A stretch of DNA of 64,000 nt from Virgibacillus sp. Lineage in GTDB: Bacteria > Bacillota > Bacilli > Bacillales > Amphibacillaceae. Shown here one piece after another: positions 20,691 to 31,309 of this stretch (positions within the stretch are counted from its first letter, which is position 1; every line of letters begins with the position of its first letter). The notes beneath the pieces are model-generated. The model was given only the letters and a program-made list of their open reading frames with translations. It was not told the DNA's origin and made no database searches. A program made the position numbers and the translations under genes. The DNA lies in contig DATGUN010000088.1 of NCBI GenBank assembly GCA_035301285.1, positions 18,582 through 82,581 on the forward strand. Direction: 5' to 3'.

Positions 20691-21686
20691 ATGAATCAAA
20701 CAAAAGATACAGAGCCTGAAAATGTTATCCCTTTTATACCCGAAGGAGAATTTTACTTTTCAAAAGGTGTAGAAGCTTTTCGTAAGCAAAAGTATGACAT
20801 GGCTATCAAGTGGCTGAATAAAGCAATTGAATCAACACAAGATCATATTTTATATAAGTGTCAAATGTCAATTGTATATACGGAAATAGGCGAATATGAA
20901 AAAGCAAGTGAATTATTGCAGGATGTTTTGGATACATCCGGTGAAGAATATAATGATTGTTATTATCTATTAGCAAATAATTATGCTCATTTAGGTTTAT
21001 TGAATGAAGCAAAAATATATGCAAAAAAATATATGGAAAAAGAACCCAATGGTGAATTTAAAGAGGAAGCCCAACGGTTATTGGAAGTCATTGAAGCGGA
21101 AGTTGATGATTTGGATGACGATTGGTCTGAGGAAGAGGAATTGATCCTTTATCAAGAGGCGGTCTTTCATCATATGGAAAACAGGGAATGGAAGCAGGCC
21201 CTTCCATTATTGGAAGAAATGTTGTCGTTGTTCCCGGAACATCGTTTGACAATACACGATTATGCACAAGCATTGTTTTATTCCGGAGAACAAGACAAAG
21301 CGATTCGACTGGAGTTAGATGAATTGGAAAAAAGGCCCTTTGCTTTGCATTCTCATATCAATTTAGCTATTTTTTATCATGTGACACAATCGATTCCTGA
21401 ATATGAAGCCCACATACAAAGATTACTAAATGTGTATCCTATATATGAGGATCAAAAATTACGTATTGCCGTGGCGCTTGCTAAAACAGAAAACGACGAA
21501 AGTGCTTTTAGACGTTTTCGGAAATTGTCCAAAAGCAAAATGAAGGGACATATTTCTTATTATAAATGGTATAGCATCGCAGCTTATCGTATCGGTGCAT
21601 TTGAAAAAGCGCAGATGTTAAAAAATGAAGGATGTAAATTGCATCCTAACCTTCAGAAGGAATTGAAGACCTTATATCTGGATTGA
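20691..21686 (+). CDS. TPR repeat protein
   Basis: 331 aa with repeated TPR-like helices (AIKWLNKAIE, YYLLANNYAHLGLLNEAKIYAKKY). GGAGGG SD. Confidence 0.7.
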   Translation: MNQTKDTEPENVIPFIPEGEFYFSKGVEAFRKQKYDMAIKWLNKAIESTQDHILYKCQMSIVYTEIGEYEKASELLQDVLDTSGEEYNDCYYLLANNYAHLGLLNEAKIYAKKYMEKEPNGEFKEEAQRLLEVIEAEVDDLDDDWSEEEELILYQEAVFHHMENREWKQALPLLEEMLSLFPEHRLTIHDYAQALFYSGEQDKAIRLELDELEKRPFALHSHINLAIFYHVTQSIPEYEAHIQRLLNVYPIYEDQKLRIAVALAKTENDESAFRRFRKLSKSKMKGHISYYKWYSIAAYRIGAFEKAQMLKNEGCKLHPNLQKELKTLYLD

Positions 21687-21747
21687 GCAGAAAGATAGAC
21701 GAAACTTATAAGTTCTTATACGATGAAAATGGATTGAAAAAGTATAA

Positions 21748-22731
<984 letters not shown>

Positions 22732-22837
22732 TGGAAAAGTAATTTCATTTTAACGCCATTGTAATACGTGCGAAACAATGATGCGTTACAATGAAGTTAA
22801 CTAATTGACCCCCTTTTTATAAATAAATTAGTTTTTT

Positions 22838-22868
22838 GCACAGGCATAAATGGCCTGTGCTTTTTTTT
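22838..22868 (+). terminator. Intrinsic terminator after trxB
   Basis: GCACAGGC pairs with GCCTGTGC, followed by T8. Confidence 0.85.
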
Positions 22869-23026
22869 AGGATGTCGTTGCACATTTTTATATTCAATAG
22901 GCATCTTATTTTAAATAAACTCATAAGTATCTTCATGATATAAAAAGTACGATATCCTTGTTGATGCTGCTTCAATCATAGTATAATAGTCATAATGATT
23001 GTTTCTTTGTTTGAATGAGGTGAACA

Positions 23027-23494
23027 ATGATGCAACGTGTTACGAATTGTATTTTGATTGATGACCGACAAGCATTATTAATAAAGAAACCGAGACGTGG
23101 GTGGTATGCCATTCCAGGTGGGAAAATGGAGCAAGGTGAAACAGTGAAGGAATCTGTTATCAGGGAATATCGTGAAGAAACCGATTTACATTTAATAAAC
23201 CCCTCTTTGATAGGTGTGTTTACATTTAATATTTTTACAGGTACGACGTGTGTCCAGGAATGGATGATGTTTACCTTTGTAAGTCGGGCTTACACGGGAA
23301 CAATGGCTTCATACTGTACAGAAGGCGAATTGGAATGGATTCCACTTGATGCAATTGCATCACTTCCAATGGCGGAAGGCGACCGAAGCATTTTCGACCA
23401 TATTCAAACATCAGATGATATACTGTATGCATCCTTTTCCTATACAGATGATTACGAACTGATAGGTATTAATATAAATCCCACTGGACGATAG
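23027..23494 (+). CDS. NUDIX hydrolase (YvcI-like)
   Basis: Nudix box [24 protein letters not shown]. Confidence 0.8.
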   Translation: MMQRVTNCILIDDRQALLIKKPRRGWYAIPGGKMEQGETVKESVIREYREETDLHLINPSLIGVFTFNIFTGTTCVQEWMMFTFVSRAYTGTMASYCTEGELEWIPLDAIASLPMAEGDRSIFDHIQTSDDILYASFSYTDDYELIGININPTGR

Positions 23495-23504
23495 GAGAGA
23501 TAAC

Positions 23505-24389
23505 TTGGATAAGACGGAACAAGAAACGAGACTCGTTGTCATTACTGGAATGTCTGGTGCAGGGAAGACAGTTGCTGTTCAAAGTTTTGAGGATTTAGGA
23601 TATTATTGTGTTGATAATCTTCCACCAGCATTGTTACCAAAGTTTTTAGATTTGATGAAAGACGCTTCCAACAGTGTACAAAAAGTTGCGCTTGTCATGG
23701 ATTTGCGGGGGAGAGAGTTTTTTGATCTATTATTTGAAGCGTTGGATGTATTAGGTGAAGCGACATGGCTGGAAGAACATATTTTATTTTTGGATGCCAA
23801 AGATGAAGCACTTGTAAGTAGATACAAAGAAACAAGGCGTTCACACCCATTGGCTGTTGGCGGTCTTCCTTTAAATGGAATAAAGCAAGAAAGAAAAATA
23901 TTGGATGAATTAAGAGGAAGGGCTCAGCGTATTATTGATACAACCGATTTAAAGCCAAAAGAATTGCGGGAGAAGATCCTTGGTTTTTATTCAGAAGAAA
24001 AACAGGATATCTTTTCGGTGAATATGCTGTCATTCGGTTTCAAATATGGTGTTCCGATTGATGCAGATCTCGTTTTTGATGTCCGCTTTCTTCCCAATCC
24101 CCATTATGTGGAATACATGCAACCTTTGACAGGTTTAAATCCAGATGTGGCTTCATATGTTTTTAAGTGGTCTGAAACCCAGAAGTTCAATGATAAGGTT
24201 CTTGATTTATTGACTTTCATGCTCCCACAATATAAAAAAGAAGGAAAATCACAGCTTGTCGTCGCTATCGGATGCACGGGTGGCCAACACCGTTCCGTGG
24301 CAATTGCCGAGCATTTCAAAAAAAAGCTTTCCGATCAATATATTACGCATGTCAGCCATCGGGACATTGACAAAAGGAAGGGGCATTAA
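23505..24389 (+). CDS. rapZ: RNase adapter / nucleotide-binding protein RapZ (YvcJ)
   Basis: P-loop GMSGAGKT and C-terminal [13 protein letters not shown] start after AGGAGAGA. Confidence 0.9.
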   Translation: MDKTEQETRLVVITGMSGAGKTVAVQSFEDLGYYCVDNLPPALLPKFLDLMKDASNSVQKVALVMDLRGREFFDLLFEALDVLGEATWLEEHILFLDAKDEALVSRYKETRRSHPLAVGGLPLNGIKQERKILDELRGRAQRIIDTTDLKPKELREKILGFYSEEKQDIFSVNMLSFGFKYGVPIDADLVFDVRFLPNPHYVEYMQPLTGLNPDVASYVFKWSETQKFNDKVLDLLTFMLPQYKKEGKSQLVVAIGCTGGQHRSVAIAEHFKKKLSDQYITHVSHRDIDKRKGH

Positions 24390-24390
24390 T

Positions 24391-25341
24391 ATGAGTAAAG
24401 AAAACCCTCGAATTGTCGTTATCGGCGGTGGAACAGGCATGCCCGTACTTTTACGGGGCTTGAAAAACCTGCCTGTTGACCTGACAGCGCTTGTAACAGT
24501 AGCAGACGATGGTGGGAGTACGGGACGCCTGCGCCATGAGATGGCTATCCCGGCGCCTGGTGATATTCGAAATGTGATTGCTGCACTATCAGATGCTGAA
24601 CCGATGTTGCTGGACTTGTTTCAGCATCGTTTTACAGTTGGAAATGGTTTATCGGGGCATTCATTGGGTAATTTATTATTAGCCGCCATGACATCGATTA
24701 CCGGTGATTTTTATACTGGCATCAAAGAAATTTCCCGTGTGTTGAATGTGAAAGGGAAAATATACCCCATTTCAAATGAAAATATGTCATTACACGCTGT
24801 CATGGAAGATGGCCAGATTGTTTCCGGGGAATCGAAAATCCCGCTCGTCAACAAAAAAATCAAACGTGTCTACCTCAGACCCGAACCGGTCCATCCGTTG
24901 CCAAATGCCGTTCGTTCGATCGAAGAAGCGGATTTGGTCGTGATTGCACCGGGAAGTCTATATACAAGCATCCTGCCCAGTTTGATCATTCCCCATATTG
25001 ATGAAGCTATACGTCAAACAAAAGGGAAGGTCGTGTATGTTTGTAATGTCATGACCCAAGCAGGAGAGACAACTGGTTATACGGCATCAGATCATGTTCA
25101 GGCGTTCATCGATCATATCGGGGATCATTGTGTTCAAGCGATTGTTGTTCATAATGAGCCTATCAAAAAGGATATCCAAGCGAACTATGCCATAGAAAAT
25201 GCAGAACCAGTCGTTTATGATACACAGCGCTTATTGGATATGAATTTGGAAATTATTGAAGGGGATATTATCGATGAAACGAAACAGTCGTTAAGACACA
25301 ACACAGCAAAAATCGCCAAACTGCTATATTCTCTTATTTAG
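24391..25341 (+). CDS. yvcK: YvcK/GlmR family gluconeogenesis factor (UPF0052)
   Basis: [21 protein letters not shown] and GSLYTSI motifs. Start at ATG 24391 after AAGGAAGGGG; the upstream extension of the listed ORF overlaps rapZ. Confidence 0.9.
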   Translation: MSKENPRIVVIGGGTGMPVLLRGLKNLPVDLTALVTVADDGGSTGRLRHEMAIPAPGDIRNVIAALSDAEPMLLDLFQHRFTVGNGLSGHSLGNLLLAAMTSITGDFYTGIKEISRVLNVKGKIYPISNENMSLHAVMEDGQIVSGESKIPLVNKKIKRVYLRPEPVHPLPNAVRSIEEADLVVIAPGSLYTSILPSLIIPHIDEAIRQTKGKVVYVCNVMTQAGETTGYTASDHVQAFIDHIGDHCVQAIVVHNEPIKKDIQANYAIENAEPVVYDTQRLLDMNLEIIEGDIIDETKQSLRHNTAKIAKLLYSLI

Positions 25342-25373
25342 CATTTGGATATGACAGGATAGGAGGTGTCGAA

Positions 25374-26312
25374 TTGTCTTTTGCTTCGGATATAAAAAAG
25401 GAACTGACAGCAATCGAGGTAACGGATTGTTGTAAACATGCCGAATTGGCCGCGTTGATACGTATGAACGGTGCTTTATCATTGGCCGATCAATCCTACA
25501 CTCTGGATATTCAAACTGAAAATGCTGCAATAGCCAGGCGCATATACTCACTTCTGAAATCATTGTATGATATACCGATTGAATTGCTTGTTCGCAAAAA
25601 AATGAAACTCAAGAAAAACAATGTATATATCGTGAGATTGAAATACAAAGTGGAACGGTTATTGACTGAATTGGATATTTTGAAGAAACCACATACTTTC
25701 ATCCATTCCATTTCACCGAAATATGTATCGGAAACACATTGTAAACGTTCGTATCTGCGTGGGGCTTTTTTAGCAGGCGGATCGATCAACAATCCGGAAA
25801 CATCATCCTATCATCTCGAAATTTTCAACACTCATGCCGAACATAATGATGCTTTATGTAAATTGATGAATACATTTGATCTCCGTGCCAGAACATTAGA
25901 GCGGAAGAATGGGTATATCGTATATTTAAAAGAAGCGGAGAAAATGACCGAGTTTTTAAGTATCATCGGTGCCCATAATGCTCTTTTTAAATTTGAGGAT
26001 GTTCGAATCGTACGTGATATGCGAAATTCCGTCAATAGACTGGTCAATTGTGAGACGGCCAACTTAAATAAAACAATTGGAGCGGCATTCCGACAAATTG
26101 AAAATATTAAATTAATCGATGAAATGGTCGGGTTGGATGAACTACCAGAAAAACTTCGTGAAATAGCCATTTTAAGGCGTGATCACCAAGATGTATCTTT
26201 AAAGGAGCTTGGGGAACTGGTAGCATCGGGTAAAATCTCCAAATCAGGTGTTAACCATCGATTGAAAAAAATTGACGAATATGCCGAGAAGTTACGGGGA
26301 AACGAGTTATAG
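25374..26312 (+). CDS. whiA: Sporulation/cell-division regulator WhiA
   Basis: N-terminal [19 protein letters not shown]-like domains and a C-terminal HTH ([12 protein letters not shown]). Confidence 0.93.
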   Translation: MSFASDIKKELTAIEVTDCCKHAELAALIRMNGALSLADQSYTLDIQTENAAIARRIYSLLKSLYDIPIELLVRKKMKLKKNNVYIVRLKYKVERLLTELDILKKPHTFIHSISPKYVSETHCKRSYLRGAFLAGGSINNPETSSYHLEIFNTHAEHNDALCKLMNTFDLRARTLERKNGYIVYLKEAEKMTEFLSIIGAHNALFKFEDVRIVRDMRNSVNRLVNCETANLNKTIGAAFRQIENIKLIDEMVGLDELPEKLREIAILRRDHQDVSLKELGELVASGKISKSGVNHRLKKIDEYAEKLRGNEL

Positions 26313-26517
26313 CAACCACCCATTGCTCCAAAAAGTTCAGCCAAGCCACTTACCATTCAGTTTAGGAAAAACATATCTTTTACGTTTGTTTCATGATATA
26401 ATATCGATAATTTAACGTTCAGGCTTCGAAAGATGGCAATGCATGCGTGAAAACATGGCATGTATTGTTTTCATATCTAACATTGATAACGCTTACGATA
26501 GGAAAGGATGAACAGGT

Positions 26518-26778
26518 ATGGTGGAAAAATCGATAACAGTGGTGCTTGAGCCAGGTTTACAAGCCAGACCAGCGGCGAAATTCGTACAAGAAGCAAATCG
26601 TTACGTTGCCGATCTGTTTTTGGAAAAAGACGGTAAAAGAGTGAATGCCAAAAGCATTATGGGCTTAATGAGCCTTGCTATCGCATCTGGTGAAGAAATC
26701 AAATTGATTGCAGATGGTGCAGATGAAGAAATTGCCCTGAACCATTTGACGTTGTTTGTCACAAGTGGGTCTGATTGA
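26518..26778 (+). CDS. crh: HPr-like catabolite repression protein Crh
   Basis: HPr fold with the regulatory Ser46 context (NAKSIMGLMSL), but Gln instead of His at position 15 (GLQARPA). That substitution is the Crh hallmark. Follows whiA as in B. subtilis. Confidence 0.85.
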   Translation: MVEKSITVVLEPGLQARPAAKFVQEANRYVADLFLEKDGKRVNAKSIMGLMSLAIASGEEIKLIADGADEEIALNHLTLFVTSGSD

Positions 26779-26805
26779 TCGTTAATATTTATACTGATAG
26801 ATAAG

Positions 26806-26843
26806 AAAATCCCTTTCACATCATAAACGTGAAAGGGATTTTT
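26806..26843. terminator. Bidirectional terminator between crh and clpP
   Basis: 14-bp stem AAAATCCCTTTCAC / GTGAAAGGGATTTT, giving an A-run on one side and a T-run on the other. Confidence 0.85.
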
Positions 26844-26859
26844 GGTTATCCGTAACTAT

Positions 26860-27453
26860 TTATTTCTTGTTTTCCGGTTTTTTCTCTAATACTTTGTCAA
26901 TCAGACCGTATTCGGTTGCTTTTTGTGCACTCATGAAATTGTCACGATCTGTATCTGCTTGAATGACATCAAGCGGTTGACCACTGCGTTCAGCCAAAAT
27001 CTGATTTATTTTTTCACGCATTTCGATAATTCGTTTGGCATGTATTTCAATATCTGTTGCTTGCCCTTGTGTCCCACCTAATGGTTGGTGAATCATCACT
27101 TCACTGTTAGGCAAGGCGAATCGTTTACCGATCTCACCCGCGGTTAATAGGAACGCTCCCATGGAGGCGGCCATTCCTGTACAAATAGTGGATACATCCG
27201 CTTTGATATATTGCATGGTATCATAGATAGCCATGCCCGCCGTGATTGAACCACCGGGTGAATTGATATATAAGGAAATATCTTTATCCGGGTCTTCCGC
27301 TTCCAAGAATAGAAGTTGGGCAACAATGGAATTGGCAACATTATCATCGATGGCACTTCCAAGCATGATAATGCGATCTTTCAATAATCGTGAATAAATA
27401 TCATATGCGCGTTCACCACGGTTTGTTTGTTCAATGACTGTAGGTATTAACAT
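26860..27453 (-). CDS. clpP: ATP-dependent Clp protease proteolytic subunit
   Basis: Near-canonical ClpP ([35 protein letters not shown]). Confidence 0.97.
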   Translation of the reverse strand: MLIPTVIEQTNRGERAYDIYSRLLKDRIIMLGSAIDDNVANSIVAQLLFLEAEDPDKDISLYINSPGGSITAGMAIYDTMQYIKADVSTICTGMAASMGAFLLTAGEIGKRFALPNSEVMIHQPLGGTQGQATDIEIHAKRIIEMREKINQILAERSGQPLDVIQADTDRDNFMSAQKATEYGLIDKVLEKKPENKK

Positions 27454-27522
27454 GTTTAAATTCCTCCCTATTTCAAATCAAATTCATCCATGTATTAGGA
27501 TATATTTTTATAATAACTCAAT

Positions 27523-27539
27523 GGTCAAGAAAGGTCAAA
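27523..27539. promoter_or_regulatory. CtsR operator (tandem heptad) upstream of clpP
   Basis: GGTCAAG-AAA-GGTCAAA matches the consensus (A/G)GTCAAA-NAN-(A/G)GTCAAA. It overlaps a TTGACC -35-like hexamer on the clpP strand. Confidence 0.75.
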
Positions 27540-27726
27540 AGATAGGTACCATTATTTTCATCTTTTCCTAACGCGGATGAAACTATCAAACAGTTTTACC
27601 CCAGCTTGAAAAATGTATACGTTGTTGTTATTTATCTAGTGAAAAAATAAAACATACAAAATAGGCTTCATCATAAGAGTGAATCGGTGCGATCGTCACT
27701 GGATTTTAAAAAAGTATATAAAAAGC

Positions 27727-27755
27727 TTGTTTCTTAATCATAAGGGGGTTATAAT
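27727..27755 (+). promoter_or_regulatory. SigA-type promoter for tRNA-Arg
   Basis: TTGTTT (27727-27732), 17-nt spacer, TATAAT (27750-27755). Confidence 0.5.
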
Positions 27756-27832
27756 ATCCTATGTGCGTTATTTTAAATCTATTAATGATGTGCGATGAAT
27801 CGGATTATTGATTCTTTTCATGATCAATCTTT

Positions 27833-27906
27833 GTGCCCGTAGCTCAGTCGGATAGAGCATTGGTTTCCGGTACCAAGTGTCAGGGGTTCGAATCCTCTCG
27901 GGCGCG
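27833..27906 (+). tRNA. tRNA-Arg (anticodon CCG)
   Basis: The cloverleaf folds by hand. Acceptor GTGCCCG/CGGGCGC (one G-U); D stem GCTC/GAGC; anticodon stem TTGGT/ACCAA with loop TTCCGGT; T arm AGGGG-TTCGAAT-CCTCT. 74 nt, CCA not encoded. Confidence 0.9.
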
Positions 27907-27918
27907 CTATATAAAAAA

Positions 27919-27959
27919 GGGGAATGGTCTGGATATTTTCCAGTCCATTCCCTTTTTTT
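27919..27959 (+). terminator. Intrinsic terminator after tRNA-Arg
   Basis: GGGAATGGTCTGG pairs with CCAGTCCATTCCC (one mismatch), followed by T7. Confidence 0.8.
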
Positions 27960-28170
27960 ATGATTCTAATACGTTTAGTTACTCTTGGATGTTCACATTT
28001 CGCTCTCTCTACATAGCTTGCCAATCAAAAAGTTCATGGTATAGGATGAAGTATATCATCGAGGATTAAAAAACAGCCCAACTCCTATTATATAGGGCGT
28101 TTGTACGACACAAAAAAGATTGTCAACCATATATTAAAAGTGTCATATGTCCTATAAGGAGTGAATGGGA

Positions 28171-28860
28171 ATGGATTATCAAGAAGAAAGGTTATTCAGA
28201 AACAATCGAGATCAGTGTGATGATATGTGGTATGATGATGACTTTTATCCGGATGGCTATCGTGAAAAAAATGGACGTCGTTACGATTGTGGTTGCGAAA
28301 ATCATGACAGACGAAGGGGGTGCGGATGTCATTCTTCCCATCACCATTATGATGATGGAAAACGTTGCGGTGAATGGAAGTCATGTGATAGATGTGGACG
28401 ATGGGGCCATTGTGATTGTCATCGCCATCCCGGACATAAGGGTGTACATCGCGTGTGCCGGGAGCTTTCGAAGATTTTAAAAGAACAGAAGCATCCCAAT
28501 AAACCAGATTGTGGTTGTCATGCATCCATACGACAGCTAACGGGACATCGTCGTAACCTTATTATACCGTTTATGCTTACTACAAGGAACGGCCGACTGT
28601 TTGTTGAATGGGGGAGGGAAAGACACCGCACGTATGCCACTGTATTTTTTTCCGTTGTCAGGGTGAACTGCCGCTATAATGAGGCTGTTTTGGAATTATT
28701 AAAGCCCGAGCCTCCAATTACGAATAGGCGTACAGGAAGGATCGATAAAAGAAGAATAAGAAATGTAGAATATTTGGTACCGACTGGTGAAAGAGTTTTT
28801 GTGGATTTGACACCAATGAGAGATGTGAAGCGCCTCCCAAAGGATCTTGTGAAACGGTAA
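28171..28860 (+). CDS. CotY/CotZ-family spore coat protein with Cys/His/Asp/Arg-rich N-terminal extension
   Basis: The C-terminal ~135 aa parallel the remembered B. subtilis CotZ (VCRE..DCGCHASIRQL; IIPFMLTT; TVFFSVVRVN..AVLELL; VFVDL). The N-terminal ~95 aa carry CGC/HHH/DDD clusters. ATG 28171 sits 9 nt after AAGGAG; ATG 28165 is also possible. Confidence 0.55.
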   Translation: MDYQEERLFRNNRDQCDDMWYDDDFYPDGYREKNGRRYDCGCENHDRRRGCGCHSSHHHYDDGKRCGEWKSCDRCGRWGHCDCHRHPGHKGVHRVCRELSKILKEQKHPNKPDCGCHASIRQLTGHRRNLIIPFMLTTRNGRLFVEWGRERHRTYATVFFSVVRVNCRYNEAVLELLKPEPPITNRRTGRIDKRRIRNVEYLVPTGERVFVDLTPMRDVKRLPKDLVKR

Positions 28861-28891
28861 ATCGATGATTATTGTAACCATTTGTAATGGC

Positions 28892-28925
28892 AAAAACGAA
28901 CAGGAGAAAGATTCTGTTCGTTTTA
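28892..28925. terminator. Bidirectional terminator between the cotZ-like and spo0E-like genes
   Basis: AAACGAACAG pairs with CTGTTCGTTT, flanked by an A-run and a T-run. Confidence 0.7.
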
Positions 28926-28950
28926 AATGCCAATTAATGGTGCTTTCAAA

Positions 28951-29139
28951 TCAACAGATATGTTCTTCTTGTATGCTTTCACGTAGTAAATGTTTATTCA
29001 AAAGTGTGTCCAATTCTTGGCTGCAATTGATGGTCTGTTTGTCTTGCAGACCATATTGTTCACCTAGAATGATCAATTCAGCCTTTTTTTGTTTAATCGC
29101 AAATGATAAATCGGAATTTGAAACAACTTCTTTAAACAT
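28951..29139 (-). CDS. Spo0E-family aspartyl-phosphate phosphatase
   Basis: About 62 aa, helical, with the family signature SQELDTLLN. The listed ORF begins at a TTG (29160); ATG 29139 was chosen as start. Confidence 0.65.
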   Translation of the reverse strand: MFKEVVSNSDLSFAIKQKKAELIILGEQYGLQDKQTINCSQELDTLLNKHLLRESIQEEHIC

Positions 29140-29303
29140 TATTTTCGACAATCCCTTCAAAATTTGTTGTACGCTGTAAATGACACATCAAAAAGTATTA
29201 TTCCTTATTATTAAACAGAATACAACAGATTCAACAAAGGTTCTGGAAATCTTTCATATTTCGACACTTTATAACAAGTATTTCGGCGTAAAGTCCAGCA
29301 TAT

Positions 29304-30227
29304 CTACAGTGCAGCACATAAACCGATTATAAACATCATGCTGAAAAACATATGATGCCAGCTTGCCCATTGCATGCATCCGTATTTAATGGTGGTTTTT
29401 TCCTTCCTGAGTGATTGATAAAGAAACCATGCAAACGGCATAGAGAGAAGGGATATGAGTGTTTGCCATGGCGCTATATCAAAAAGGACCAATAAAGAAA
29501 GAAGGATATAAGTGCCAATCGAAATGCTTGCCAAAAGACGCATTGCTTTTCTGTAACCCAATCGCAAGGCAAGTGTTTGTCGAAATCCCGCATCTTTTTT
29601 TAAGTCGCGTATATTGTTCGTTAAAATCATTGTAGATATCAGCAAACTGAACAACAATGAGACAAGAAATATAGATATATTTAAATGATGACCTTGTATA
29701 ACAAAAGCCAGATTCATTGGAACGATACCCAAAAAAGTAGCAGCTACGACTTCACCAAGACCTAATGCTGAAAATGAATGTTTCCCGAATGAATAATAAA
29801 CACCACAAATAATGCCGGCCAGACCAGTGAATAGTATCCATATATTTGTTCGAGAAACAAGCCATGCACCGATTATCATCGCTAGTAGCAAGAGCAGGCA
29901 GGCGATATAAAAAACGGTTTTAAGGGTTGGATGATAAAGTGGTGAGGGCGTTGATGCCATTCGCCATTTGTTTTGGTCCTGCCCATTTTTAAAATCGAAA
30001 TAATCATTGAACATATTAACAGAGGATTGTATCAATAGAGTAGCGATAGCAAGTCCAATAAATAAAGTGATATTGATGTTACCGGTATATAAAGCATACA
30101 TTGTTCCCGCGATAATTGGAGAAAGACTTCCAGTCAATGTAAGTGGTCGTGTCAACGTGATCCATGATCCCTTAAATACATATATTTTATTTGACTCATT
30201 CATGGCTAAAGCATCATTCACAATCAT
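29304..30227 (-). CDS. UbiA-family prenyltransferase, MenA-like (1,4-dihydroxy-2-naphthoate prenyltransferase)
   Basis: Motifs FNDYFDFKNGQD and LTNNIRDLKKDAGFRQT parallel B. subtilis MenA FNEYYDFKRGLD and LSNNIRDIEEDKKGGRKT (from memory). Start at ATG 30227, 5 nt after GAGGTGA. Confidence 0.7.
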   Translation of the reverse strand: MIVNDALAMNESNKIYVFKGSWITLTRPLTLTGSLSPIIAGTMYALYTGNINITLFIGLAIATLLIQSSVNMFNDYFDFKNGQDQNKWRMASTPSPLYHPTLKTVFYIACLLLLLAMIIGAWLVSRTNIWILFTGLAGIICGVYYSFGKHSFSALGLGEVVAATFLGIVPMNLAFVIQGHHLNISIFLVSLLFSLLISTMILTNNIRDLKKDAGFRQTLALRLGYRKAMRLLASISIGTYILLSLLVLFDIAPWQTLISLLSMPFAWFLYQSLRKEKTTIKYGCMQWASWHHMFFSMMFIIGLCAAL

Positions 30228-30247
30228 GTCTCTCACCTCAATTAAAA

Positions 30248-30739
30248 TTAGATAAGTACCATGCATATAATCAATATGAAAAAACCGATACCTTCCACAC
30301 TCTCCACAAGGGATACCTTTATAAATGCATGCCTTAATGGACGTCCGTTTCCGCTTTCAGCTGCATCCCAAAGATGGTCGTTCGATAAAATCGACATCGC
30401 ATAACCATATCCAATGACGGCACCCCAAAATAATGTTATAAGGGCTATGACTAGAGCCGTCAGCCAAATATGTCCATAAGTTGAATGAAGTAATATGTCC
30501 CATGTTCGTATTGGACCGAGGACAGTTCCAAGTGTAATCCCTGTAATGATGACAATGCTTCCAGTTAATGTGAACAGATGATGCGTCCATTTCATTAAAG
30601 CGCGTAGATATTCCCGTTGTATTTTAAAGGGTAATTTCTGTGATGACGGATATACCCCCCATCCGACAAATAAAACGCCTCCAGCCCAAATGATGGCGAA
30701 AAATATGTGGACGGTTAAAACAATCTGAAAAAGATTCAT
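30248..30739 (-). CDS. Integral membrane protein of unknown function (4-5 TM), co-oriented with the MenA-like gene
   Basis: AAGGTGGTGA SD. Hydrophobic 163-aa product (HIFFAIIWAGGVLFVGWG). No family recognised with confidence. Confidence 0.55.
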   Translation of the reverse strand: MNLFQIVLTVHIFFAIIWAGGVLFVGWGVYPSSQKLPFKIQREYLRALMKWTHHLFTLTGSIVIITGITLGTVLGPIRTWDILLHSTYGHIWLTALVIALITLFWGAVIGYGYAMSILSNDHLWDAAESGNGRPLRHAFIKVSLVESVEGIGFFILIICMVLI

Positions 30740-30921
30740 GACAGGATCACCACCTTATCTTTATTATAAACTCATCGATGTTTTCCAGTGTGACATTTAT
30801 CACGAACGTATGATTGTTTTATGTTGATTTGTTACAAATTGTCACATATGATGACATCAACCATAAAAAGTATTATGCTGAAGATAAATTATAATAGCAT
30901 GAATTGAAGGAGGGGGTGTTC

Positions 30922-31164
30922 ATGCTGCAAGTACGATTATATATGAAGGAAAACTGCCCATTGTGTGATGACGTCAAAGCGCAACTTTGGCTATTGCAGC
31001 AAGAATTTGCTTTTGAAATCGAGGAAAGGAATATATATTCGTGTGATGAATGGTTAATGGATTATCAATTGAATATTCCGGTAGTCGAGGTGAATGAGGA
31101 GCAACTTGATTGTGCATCTGTTTCATATCACGCCATCAAGAACTTGTTGAATGGATTTGCTTGA
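30922..31164 (+). CDS. Glutaredoxin-like small thiol protein (DUF836-like)
   Basis: 80 aa with an N-terminal CPLC redox motif in a beta-alpha-beta context (VRLYMKENCPLCDDVK). AAGGAGGGGG SD before ATG 30922. Confidence 0.65.
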   Translation: MLQVRLYMKENCPLCDDVKAQLWLLQQEFAFEIEERNIYSCDEWLMDYQLNIPVVEVNEEQLDCASVSYHAIKNLLNGFA

Positions 31165-31254
31165 CCAACATGTGAAGCTTTTTTCTTTCAGATATTGGCG
31201 GAATTTGATATAATTTAATAGAAAGATAAAGATGGAATATATTTTTGTGGTTCG

Positions 31255-31290
31255 CGGGACAGTAAATAGCCCTGCGGGACATTTGTTGTC
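31255..31290 (+). promoter_or_regulatory. CggR operator (tandem direct repeats)
   Basis: CGGGAC-agtaaa-TAGC-cctg-CGGGAC-atttgt-TGTC fits the published B. subtilis operator CGGGAC-N6-TGTC-N4-CGGGAC-N6-TGTC with two substitutions in the first TGTC. It lies between a TATAAT (31209-31214) and the cggR start. Confidence 0.8.
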
Positions 31291-31309
31291 CATGAAGGAG
31301 ACCCTGAGT

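Noticed and set aside
24256-24390. N-terminal 45-codon extension of the yvcK ORF
   Set aside because: It overlaps the 3' end of rapZ in another frame. The conserved YvcK N-terminus ([16 protein letters not shown]) begins at ATG 24391 behind AAGGAAGGGG.
28196-28525. 109-aa minus-strand and 87-aa plus-strand ORFs (28217-28480) rich in His/Asp
   Set aside because: These are alternative frames of the compositionally biased Cys/His/Asp-coding N-terminal region of the CotZ-like gene. They arise from codon repetition.
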